This document shows positions 34,198-45,658 of a stretch of DNA of 52,258 bases, piece by piece. Source of the stretch: Klebsormidium nitens. Taxonomy: Eukaryota; Plantae; Klebsormidiophyceae. The first letter of the stretch is position 1. The number at the start of each line of letters is the position of its first letter. The DNA lies in NCBI GenBank assembly GCA_000708835.1, contig DF237563.1, positions 1 through 52,258 of the forward strand. The letters run 5' to 3'. The notes beneath the pieces are model-generated. The model made no database searches. It saw only the letters and a list, made by a program, of their open reading frames with translations, and was not told the DNA's origin. The position numbers and the translations under genes are program-made.

Positions 34198-34860
34198 GTG
34201 AGAAGAAGGCTTCTGCCCGACTTCTAAGATTCCCCTGTTCCTCCGTCGTTGTCAGCTGCCTCTCGCATCCTCAGAATTTAGGAGCCCCAAAACATGGATT
34301 CACGGGTCCCTTAACACGTCCTTCTCAACCAGTTTACCAAAAACGAAACACTTCTCTTCGTTGTGTGATTATAAACAAAGCATCCTAAGCAATTTGAGAC
34401 CAGCAGTAGACATCTGCGGTCTACTAAGATAAGATTTGAAACACAAGAGAGTCGTCTAGAAGGGAGTGAATTAGATCATGGCCTTCAAATCATGCGGAAT
34501 TATTGGTAAAGGTCTATCGATTGTCCACCTCTTCTGTTCATTTTGAGACATGTCACACCAACGAAAGTCTACAAAAGTCTATCATCTGTGCCACAGGATA
34601 TCACATTCAGCTGAATGTCAAGGATTACGATTACCTGAACTCACGAGACAGTTCACCCCTGGCGCAGACTGGCCCCCAGAAGATCAATCACGCCGGCGCC
34701 CCTGCTGCCCCCATAGTCCCAAGGGGCCAAGACCTGCGAGCGGGCGCCATGTGTGGTCGCAGCGGGTATCGCGCCGATATTTCCGATCCTGAGGCGGAGG
34801 CGCCCACCAACTTTGGCGTCGGCGTGCGGGAGGCCTTTGTGAGCGCGGCCGCCCCCGCAG

Positions 34861-37800
34861 ATGCCGATAGCGTGCGCGAGGTCCCCCGTCAACGTAGGGG
34901 TCGCGCGCGTGGCCGCGCTCCCTGATCGGAAACTAGCGGCCGAGGCTGTCACAGCTGTTGAGGGCTGCTCATCCAACATTGAAGCGCTCACGGCTCCGAT
35001 CCGCGCTTCCGCAGCGCACACGGCCGCAATCTGCGGTGCCGCAGTGCGCGCAGCCTCTCTTTCCCGCGCTGGTCCCTCGGCGACGCCTTCTCCTTCCGAC
35101 GCTGCTCATAGTGATACACCTTGTCGCCTCTCCAGCGTCCAGACGACACCAGCCGCGGACGGAGAGACGGCAGGACAAACGCGCGACTGTCGGGAGGTGC
35201 TCCGTTTGCGCGGTGGTGGGCCGAAGCGGAAGTCCAACTACTCCGAGGAAGAGTGGGAAACAGACAGCGATTCCGAAGAGTCGGACGAGATTTGGAAAGA
35301 TCTCGAGGAGCTGAACGGAGAATCTGACGACGAAGAGAGGGAGGACGAAGCAGAGGGGGGTTCGATGAATGAAGCGGAGGCTGAAACAGGGCCCCCTGAA
35401 GAAACTTCCGATGACGGGGGAGAAAAGTCGTCCGAAGACGCGTCCAAAAGTAACGAGGGTTCGGAAGAGAACATGGAGGTGGAGTTGCCCAGACCCATGG
35501 CCCGGGGTTCAAACCAGGGGGAAGGAAACAATGCGGATGCAGAAGAAGACCCGTCCCTTTCAGGCGGTGCTGCAGCGGCGCCTCTGGTCGCCAGGATTGG
35601 CACGATCCAGTCTCTTCCTGCGACCCCGAATGAACGGGCTACCCAGGACGCCCTCCAAGTCCCAACTGAACCAAGCCGGCGGCAGCCCGCCCGCAAGCGC
35701 GTCATACGGACAATGGATCTTAGTGACGACGAGATGAGCGAAGGTGCTGGGAAGGACGAGTCCGAGGAGAGGGTGAGTATCGTGCCTGACCGACTCTAGA
35801 GCGTCCATTACGGTATTGATTGCTGCAATGAATCGTATAGGACATGTATGGTTGCAAAGTCTACTTAACAGTTCACGGCTGTATGCGTCCAGTGCTAGTT
35901 CCGAGGAAAAAGAGTGGTCTCCTCAAGCCCGGGCCGCGCTCGCACGCAAGTCGTTTCTAGCTTGGGGGCCAGCACGAGAGACCTGTGCTCGTTGTCGCCT
36001 CTCACCAAGGAAGCGGTTCAGGGGGATCCCCTCGGGCTGTGCTCGTTCTTAATGTTGCTTCTCAGCCGAGAACAGCTGAGAGGGATCCCCTCTGGCACTT
36101 TTTATTTGCTTGTCTCCCGAAATTGAGAGGATGATCCTAGGGCTCATTCTGGGGAAGTGTAGCAAGTCAGAAGAGATGATATTGGTGAGGTGGAGGACTT
36201 GAAATCTGCTTTCCTCCTCCTTGTGCAGCCCCCAAATCGAAGGCAGCGGATGGAAGACAAGGGCGAGCTTGGACGGCGCTTTGGATCCGGAAGGGGCTAC
36301 CCACAGAGCGCGCAGGACGAAGGCGGCCGCCCAAGCCAGCAAACGGGTCTTGAAGACTGCTGGAAGAAGCTCACGGCCAATGAAACTGCCGCCAGAGGCG
36401 GTAACGAGCAAGAAGTCGGCCGCCTGCCGAGGGAAGTGGGCCGCGACAGTCTAGTGCAGCGGACAACAGGGCGCGAAGACGGCGCTCGCGCCGTGAGTAG
36501 CCTCACCAGCCGCGCGCGACATGAAGCTGATCGTGGAGGGCGCGCTCAAGGTCAAGTCGGCGGCCTTGAAGAGCGCCTGCACATGAACAACGGCCCACAG
36601 GTCTCGGCTCGAGTGGCCCGGGAACGGACTCAGGCACAGGGAGGCGCACAGGCGGCAACTGGGCCAGGTTGTTATATTCATTTATTGTAACAAGGAGGCT
36701 CCGAATCTCATTGCTAGTCCATTCTGGCAGGCAATAATGTTCCTTTTAAGCTGCAGCGGTTTTGAGAATTTTGGCTTCACGTGCCACTATTTCCAAGGGG
36801 ACCCGTTTTTATTTGCCAAACCAATTCAGACGACTACAGTATCTACGAGAATCGGTGTATCATACTATTCAGAGCTGGCTGTCAATGCCTCCAAAGAACC
36901 TCATTTGGATGTTTTCCGGTCCTGTTTGAATTCGTTGGCAGATCTATCTTCAGAACACTCTGAACGTGCGCATTGAAGAGAAGACCATGAAGCGTGACGT
37001 GAGGATTAGTCACCTCGAAAGTGCGGACTCGAAGATTGAATGGAATTCGAAAGATTGGAGCCACGGCCGCTTGTTTCCGATCGCAGTTCTTTTGTCCTTC
37101 TTGTATTCTCACCGCTTTCTCCTCCTCAACCGTTGTCAGCTTGTCATGCACCCTTTTAAGTTGAGAACCCAACACTACGGCGAAGTACAAATCTAGCTCT
37201 TCAACTTTCATTGACGGCCATGACGAGTAGAATTTAGTTTCCTGAACCAACTGTTTATCCCCGCAGGGACAAGCGTCAACGAAATTGACGAGATCGAGAC
37301 GGTCTGCAACCTTTTGAGAAGCACCAAGCTCGTCAAGAACGCCAGGCAGGTTCTGAGAGAGGGGGATAAGAAATCTTTCATGCAGTCGTTAGCCGTAGCG
37401 GCATTTGCGGTGGGGGATGCGCGCTTGTGCAACGAGGGCGTTAAGCTGGGGACAAAAAGTACCGACTGGCCGATGCACCAATGGTTTCATGCGGTGGCCA
37501 GGCGACTGGGATTTATTCCGGCGGCGTTGGTGTGTCACCTCAAATTCCACTTTAGCCGAACCGAGGACATACGAGGCCGCGCGCGTTTTTGGGAGTTGTG
37601 TTGCAGCTCGATAGGTGAGTAGCGCAATGTTTCTGCTTACCCTTTTTCAGCAATTGACTAGCTCTAGCAAATGTGATCACATCAACCAGCTTTCGTGATC
37701 CATTATGGATGAATCTTGACTTTAAGCAGAGAAACTCATTGACGAGGAAGACCGTCGAAACCCTTACCTGTGTAGCCAATACCTCTTGCCTTATTCAAAA

Positions 37801-40800
37801 GACAACGCTATTTGATTCCACTGTGCTTAATTTGGAATCCTTCTCTTTTCTGGAGCGGCTATTGCACACAGTACTTCTTCGTACTTAGTAGGCCTGCGCA
37901 AGGCAACTTCTGGTGATCTGGCCCCTAAACTTTGCATCTTATTTGCTGTACAGATTCGAAGGAGTTCGCCACCGACATCTGCAAGCTCTTCAACACTGAC
38001 ATCAACAGCAAGGCCCGATATTTTACCCTCCCCTCGCCAGCTGTCCTGGAACGCATCTTCCAAGAAGACCCCGGACTACTCTTCTCCTTCTGCCTTTCCG
38101 GTTTTCTCCAGGGGGAGGGTTGTCTTATGAAGTGTCGGCCGTCGATGATAGCAAAGTACCCGGCAATACTCTTCGTTTCAGGGAGCTTGAAAGCCATACT
38201 TGGCATCTGGTGTTCCATAGCGCGGTGCTTCGGAGTGGAGACGGGCTCATTCAGTATATGTGTTGCAAAAATTGAAGAAGATGACGTCTTCCCTGAGGAC
38301 GACGACGTTCATGTGTCGAAAAAGGAAGCAGAGCCGGACATCGACGAAACGGAGACGCAACCGGAGCGGAAAGGACGTGTGCGGTACTCCGAGCTATCGG
38401 ACAGAGAGGAGCGGCAGGGGGTGCGCTTGCTGCTGCAAGTGGCGCGCGCGAGATCGAAAGAGATCAAAGATGCCCTGAAACGGTGGGCCCAGGAAATTGG
38501 CGCGGAGGACGAGAACTCGGACGAGGAAGATTCCGAAGGAGGAGGGGTTGTTTGGAGCAAGGAGCTAGCCAGGGGTCTCGCATGCCGCGCGGCAAAACGG
38601 TTTGCATATGACCGGCCGCTGACCTATGACCTGGTTATGCGGGTTGTCATCGAGGAGTTGGAGAAAATCTATCTGCAAGATGCGGGCGACGGCCGGAAAG
38701 TGATGTATCGCTTGACTTACACCGCAAAGCACGACGTCCTCAAACTCGCCGTCATCCTGGTGATCGGAAGCGACTGGAAGACAGCCGTGACGACAAAACT
38801 GGAGGCGTTTGTGAAATGGGCGACCACTTTCAAGGAAATCGGTAAAGGTATGTATTCTCGTCCCATCTGAGTTGCTCATTTGTTTCTAAACATCTGGGAG
38901 CTTGTTTTTGACCATCTCATAATGGAATAATCTAATCAATTCAAGTTCCACAACCTGACTAATTTTGGAGACACTCAAAAAGCACCTGGGTCTTTTCACA
39001 ACTTCCCTCCTTAGAGCAGGGTCGTGTAGCGGCAACTTTGCTTTGTGCTTCTCGCGGTTTCTGGAGAGAGCTATCAGGCAAGAAAAACTAATTTGAATGA
39101 AACCGTTGTCATACAAGTGCCGCCGAACGGCCCGCGCATGCGCCAGCGTGGTGACAAGAATCGACGTACATGGTACTCTCGGACACAATCGTCTTCAAAT
39201 CTAAAATCTATCAGAGTGGATTCAGTTAGCGATTGTTTGCTCCGGTGCATCAAGCTGTTCACAAGATGCGAGCACATCCTGGCGGAATTACCTGCGCAGG
39301 ATCAACATCTCGATAATGCTCTAACGAAGAAAGATATGCTCAGTTTCTAGACAACCCGATTTACTTCACACTTTCAGTACAACAGAACTGTACGAACCCG
39401 CAGGTCATACAGTTCTGTTGTACTGAAGATTTCAGCGAATTTCAGGGTAGTCCAGCTAAACAATTGCTATGCGGATTGCCATCGCTAACTTCGTGACAGC
39501 GGACACCATTACACTTTTTTCTTTGCTGGCAGGCAACTTTCCAGGCGCACAGAAGGGGATCGAGTTTCGTGAAGGGATCCGACCCTTCGCCCAGAAGAGC
39601 AACGATATCAACCCGGGGGACCCACACTGCTGCAGCTCGCTTGAAGCTCAACAGTATCACCTGAAGAGGTGGAAGGAGAACAAGCTTACGTGGGATCAGT
39701 ATCGTACGGCGTCGTGGGTATCCTCAAAATCAAGTGCCAGCGGCAGGCTGAAGAAGGAGAACATCAACTCAACGGTGGAGACCGACGCTGGTGAGTTTCT
39801 TGAAATTTCGAGTGCCAAAACCTATCCGATCAGAGATCGACCGAACGTCTCATTGGTAAGCAGATCTAGAATCAACGTCAAGTCACATACAACAATCAGT
39901 TTGGAAGTGAACAATTTATCCCTGCCCTACGAGAGTCAGAAGAGCCTTACGAAATGGCGAAAGTTTGACAAACGACATTGGTAGACAACAATCCAAACCC
40001 ATCAGCCTTGACCATTTGCTAGACAATCGGTTTTGGCTTTCTTCTGGATCCCTGCCTCAAATTCTTTTTCTTTGCACCACCACCGACCGAGGCAGACACG
40101 TAGTTGACCCCTATTTGGGCCCGTCGAGAGAACCTTTCCTCCGTCACCCGGTTGACCGCTCGGGCGAGAACGGGAGAGAGGAGACATGCTCGCCCCCAGT
40201 CGAGAGACGGGGGGGAAAGTATTTAATACCGGGGAAGAGGCCTTCCCTTAGGAACAAGTCCCCACTCCTCTCAAGCGAGTGATTCCAAATGCAGATGCTC
40301 ATCAAATTCCCCATTTGTTGCCCGTTACTTTCTGGCAGTATGATGCTTAAGATTGTGAAGAAACCCGAATATTGTCTCTCAGGATTCACTGGCTTGCTTA
40401 TTCCCTTGTAGGGTCTTTGTTCGGTTCAACATTAGATACGCGCCAAGGTCGCCTGTCTTGCTTCAAAGCTGTGGAATCCCAAAGATTGTGGTAGTCTGAT
40501 TCCGGAAGTCTCCTAGACGTTCTTTGAAGACATTGAGTTGTAGGATAGGCTGAAAGGCTGCTTGAAGCCCTCCGAATAGTTCAATTTTCTCCAGAAGGTG
40601 CTGGTTGTTTGACTAATTATCCTTGTCCCAACACTTGGACACACGCATGAGAGGGCTTAGATGGCTTTGAAGTAGTCTTCAAGCAGAATGCAGTTTTTGG
40701 TTGCCAGGGGACGACAGGCAGAAACAATCTGCACTTTTGTTTTCATTTGCTAGTTGAGCATTCAAAAGCCGTCTTGCTGGACCGTGATATATATCTGAGT

Positions 40801-43346
40801 CTTTTTTTCGAAGATAAAAAACGCAGGAGGTTTTTCACTTGGGCGAGATGCATTGGGCGGAGTTCTGCCCCTGTGGACGAGGGGTGAGAAATGACGGGAT
40901 TTCCCCACTTGGCAAATCGGGAAAGAACAGCCTCCCCCGATTCCTTCTCGTACTCCCCCTTTTGGCAACAAGCCAATTCTTATTGATACTGTTTCGATGC
41001 TGTGCAGTTTACTGGGAGCAAAGATCAAATCTGTGGGATCCAGAGCTGAACAAGCGGATCCATCAGCACGAGAAGCGTTTTGAGGTGCCGAATGGGGCGA
41101 CATTCGATCCTGAGGTGCTAAGGAACAAGTTCCTGCAGCGTCCCCAGCAGCTCGGGCTCTTTCTGCGTGGCAGCGCGGAAATCTGTTCAGACCTGCCAGT
41201 GACTACGTCTCAGTCTAAAGATGGAGAATGCGCTTTCCTTGTGGAGGAGGCGTGGCTGAAGGACCTGACGGACTGGCTCTTCAAGCAGCCTCCCTGCGGG
41301 CCACCCCCCTCGCCAACGACATACGAAATCAAAACGACGTGGCCTCTTTTGTTGGGTACGGAACATTCGACGGCCATGGTTGTAACGAGCTATCAGCTCT
41401 TCGTTCTCGCAACACTTCTTCGCTTCGAGGATTATGACCCCCAGAAGCTGCCGCGAGTGCCGGTCAGCACAGGAGCAGGACGGAAGAGGGGGACGGTCGC
41501 CGACCTACGACCCGCGTCCATTAAAGAGGTCCGTTTGCGGACGGCGGGCGGCCTGCTGACAACGACACAAAGCAAACTCTGGGTGTCCACGAACTGGACG
41601 ATGGAGCAACTACGAGCCAAGACGAAGGAGTGGTGTTACAAGGGCTTGAAGGTGGACCAGACGGACTACTTCGGAACCCTTGATTGGAGGTAAGGGTCAC
41701 AGTGCTTACTAACGCAAAACGGTCATCTGGAGCTCCAGGGTTGCGGTCTTTACAACATAAAAGTCGATAAGTGATTGATGGATTACTTTCAAAAATGGAT
41801 AGCACAACGCGCGACACGCTTACTCAAATTTGGGGGAAATTGTCAGATGGCACAGTGTGATGCGTCCCCTTTTCTCTGCAAATCTCAACTCAAAGTTACA
41901 GCACTGGGTATAGTGGACACGCGCTCAACTAGGCAAATGAGAAACTGTTCAATCGATTTGCGATGAACTGGGCTCAAAATGCGGTTGCAATTGTTTTAGG
42001 AATCGATTACTGGTATCTAAAAGAAATAAATCACCAGCGTGATGTGCCCCATCACAATCACACCCCCAATACGTTACTTTGACCCTTGTCCTCCGCCGGC
42101 CCTGTTCCACCCAAATCGCCCTCACAGACATCCAGGCGCGCCTTTCTAAAACCTTTTACAGCATTGCCACTCGCGCCTAGCCTTTTACAAAAAGTAAAGG
42201 AAGAGAGAAAGAGAGGTTGTTTGCCAGGCCTGCTAGTCTGTTCTTCTGAACTTCCGGACCCATGTATGTTTGCTGTGAAGCAGTTTGTCCATCTACGCCT
42301 TTTACAGAACCGAGGTCACCCTTCTGGTCGACTGTGCCCCTGTTGGACAAGCGAGGAGCGTGGCGTTCAATTCGGGTCAGACTCTCGGTGTCTTCATCGA
42401 GAAGGGGCTTGAGTCGGCGCTGGAGAGGGCGGAGCGGCCGCACTGTCGTGACTGGACGCGTGTTGAATTGATTGTGGTCGGTGAGGAGGCCGCTCCACCG
42501 GGTGTACCAAAAGCCCTCCGAGCGGCGGTCGAAAAGTCTCGAATGGGAGCGGAACTTAGTGAAGGAGCGAGCGAAGGAGGAGACGGCGATCAGCGAGCGG
42601 GGGGTAAGCGGTGGGAGCCATACGCGGAGTTTAATCGCCGTTTTGTTGGCACATGGAAGCAGCAACTAGAGCGGGCGCGTCGATTGAATCTGTCCGAGAT
42701 GGACGTCCGGCCGGAGCAAGTCAACGCGCTTGAGGCGCGCATAAGGCAGAAGCTCGAAACGATCAGAGAGAGTCTCGGGGACGACGAGAAAGAGATTGAC
42801 ATCGAGATCAAAGCCTACGGACTCACGCTGATACGCACCGTGGAGATGACCCTGACCTGGGCAGACGTGAGCCCGCGGGCAAGGAACTGGGTGTACGACC
42901 AACACCTCCTGAATCACATCGAGATGGGGGGTTGGCTTTGCAACAAGTGCGATCGGGTTGTCCCGGGCGAGGATTCGGACGATGTACCGAGGAACATCCG
43001 GTGTTGTTGCACCGAAGGGGAACGACTGCCAAAGGGAAGAGGGCGCTCGCAGCCGCGCACCTCACCCGAGCCGGATCACAAATGCGGTTCACGGAAGATC
43101 AAATGGTCGACGGCAGCTTGTGGCGGCCGGAGCATTCTCGTTGTGCAGAAAACGTTAGTCGAACTGGGATGCGCCACGTGGGCGCTTGCAGGCCCGAAGA
43201 AGTTTCGCGGGACGCGTGTTCCGTACACGTGGCCTGGCCCGGAAGGGAATGGCGCCGAAGGATCGATTACAACGATCCAGATGGCGAAGCTGATGTGGCA
43301 GGTGCTCCTGAACGCAGGCTTTGACGAGTATGTTAGGTCGATGTAG
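34861..43346 (+). CDS. Large orphan multidomain protein (~1517 aa): LRLRGG motif, acidic tract, double LAGLIDADG (DOD-type) endonuclease-like domain, C-terminal Cys/His cluster
   Basis: Exons 34861-35772, 36229-36667, 37267-37614, 37954-38841 (alternative donor 38847), 39545-39790, 41008-41689, 42308-43346. All GT-AG, with matching phases 0,1,1,1,1,2 and no internal stop (4554 nt). The 5' end and possible extra small exons are uncertain. The domain call is by-eye. Confidence 0.65.
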
Positions 43347-45658
43347 GATTGTACGGAAACAGCTCGAAGGCATCGCCATAGGATAGCTATGTTTTGCAAG
43401 TGTGCCCTAGGTCCACGAGTGGCCAGAAACTATGAGCGCCAAATATCCAGATAGATAAAACCAGCCTGACAATCGGAATGCATAAGTACGATGTTTTCAT
43501 GTAAGATTTTGCCGAGTTGTGGTGGGCCGTGTTCTAGAACATTGTTTGTGATATGCTTGATTGAGATGACGGACAGAATCATATCCGGACCGGCCATGCA
43601 AACGCAGACGCGGATACAGCCCGCATATCAGCATGACTTGCTTGGAGTGTACCTTGCATGCATGATCTTATCTAGCCGCTCAAATCGGTCCGACGCATAT
43701 GCAGCATATAGAAACGTTAATTCTAGGGCCATCACGACCGCGTATGTATGAGTTCTGTGACCGTCATGTTGCCGATTGTGAACGGCAAAACAAAACAAAA
43801 TATAAAATGTTCATCCAACTAAGCCCTTGGGCGGAGATCAAGTCAGGCATGCCGCATAGTTCGTGGATCGGCATGGGGACCCCACTAGAACTTCGATTAT
43901 AGCTTAACCAAATTATGGCGGCAAGTCCCGCAATCTTTGGTCAACTTGAGTCGGTTGTTCAAAAGATAAGCTTCATGACGTTTTTAACGACTGTGGTCAG
44001 CATTGTCAGCTCTGCCGAGACTGTGCCATTGGATGTCTTGTTCTTTTCAAGATTAATTGTGCGCACATCTACATAAATCTGAAAACCAAGTGGCGGTCTA
44101 CCCAAGAAGAACTAACGGTTATCCCCTACTGTGGCCCGTACTGGCCCGTAAACAAGAAGCAAACAAGCAGAACCCCAAAACAGAGACCTGGACTTTGTTG
44201 AACTGGTTCTACGTGCACAGCGGTCAATCACTGCATGCGGCCTCCCTAGTTCAAACCTACTTTGCCACAAGATATTAGGAAGAAAGTCTCCGCTAGGAAG
44301 TTGATGACGGCTGAGCGTCTTGGCATGCAGACTCGGAAGCGCCAGCTGGCGCAAGCCAACCCGTCGAAGTGGTCATTGGGCGGCGCGCTTTCTACAAGCC
44401 TTGGACGGGTTGGTGCAGTACTAGCCGGAAGGCAGGCAGAACTGCGGGCTGCCGCATCCAGTGCTGGCGACGCAACGAGGCAACGTCGCAACTTAAGAAA
44501 ATAGAATTATGAACGCCGCACGTGGCACGCTGACAAGACACCGCTACTGTTGATAACGAATTGTCAGGGTGTGTAGAATTTGACGAGCTGCTAGGCGAGC
44601 GCCGATTGGCGACATGCCGAAACGGGTGAGCCTGCAGCATCGGGGCCCGAAGCACGACATAGTGGACAAATCCCAAAGCAGGACCTTATACAATTCGGCT
44701 CTTTTTGCTGGACGACGAACCGGACCACAGTGCGAGTGGGGATCATGAGCCAGGTGTGAACTGAGAAGGTAAAGTAAGCTTGCTGCGACTGTCTGGGAAG
44801 GTGGGTGCACATTGAGCTAGACAATTGGCTCAATGACGACCTGCTGTCGATCCAAAGCCCAGGAACCTGCTCCGATCATTGGGCAAAAGACAGCAAAAGA
44901 TCGGACGGGAGACTTCATCAAGGCGGGGAAACGTAACTGGGGGCGTGGCAACCGGAAGAAATATTGAGGAGGACAGCAAGAACTCGAAAGGGCGCCGGAG
45001 AAGGCGCAGGACGAAGGGAGAGGACACGTGGAAGATGCTGGGCCACAACGGGCTCTTGGGAAGAGGGGTGGGAGCGGGGTGCTGGTTGGAAAAGCAGCGA
45101 GAGAGGGTTGGGATTTGTAAGCCACTTTCTGGGCCACAGGTCGTGAGCGCACTTTCTGCAGGAATACTAACTCGTGCAAACACAAAACCGACAGGAAATA
45201 GATCTCTAGACAGTATGGACGAGGAAGCTTTTGAAACAGAGAGCTCAAAAGTAGAGCCATCCACCCCTCATCTGGCGCAGCTTGTGCCGTAGCCTTAGAA
45301 GATCCTAGGGGAGAGAAGTGCCACTCTGTGGTGGCCTATTCCGGCGGCCTTTAATCGTCGATGATTGGCGCGAGCACAAAGACCAGTCGCGGCGCCGGAC
45401 GCCATAAGCACGAGCGCGCCGGGTGGGAAGTGTCCAAGACGTCCTTCAACCAGGAGACAACCAGGTGTAGCCCACCGCCGTTTAGAATTTGGAATTTGGT
45501 AAACGCGCAGGGGGACCGCGAGGAGGATGTGGAGGCAAGGGAAAAGCGAACTCTGCATAGCACGACGTCATATTAGACTTGGAGGCGAGATTCTCGGAGT
45601 CAAGTAGGGCTGATGACAATGGCTAGGGAGGAAAAAGCGTCTGGTTCCTAAACAATAT

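Noticed and set aside
36229-36667. Pseudogene reading of exon 2 (K/A-rich frame with TAG/TGA/TGA)
   Set aside because: A different frame is fully open and phase-matches both neighbouring exons.
39045-39350. 101-aa ORF as an exon of the large plus-strand gene
   Set aside because: Its obvious acceptor (39077) is phase 0 whereas the upstream donor is phase 1 and would hit a stop; 38841 joins 39545 cleanly.
37200-39800. Intein surrounding the LAGLIDADG-like domain
   Set aside because: No N-terminal C/S-start Hint block and no C-terminal HN-C/S/T motif were found in the spliced translation.
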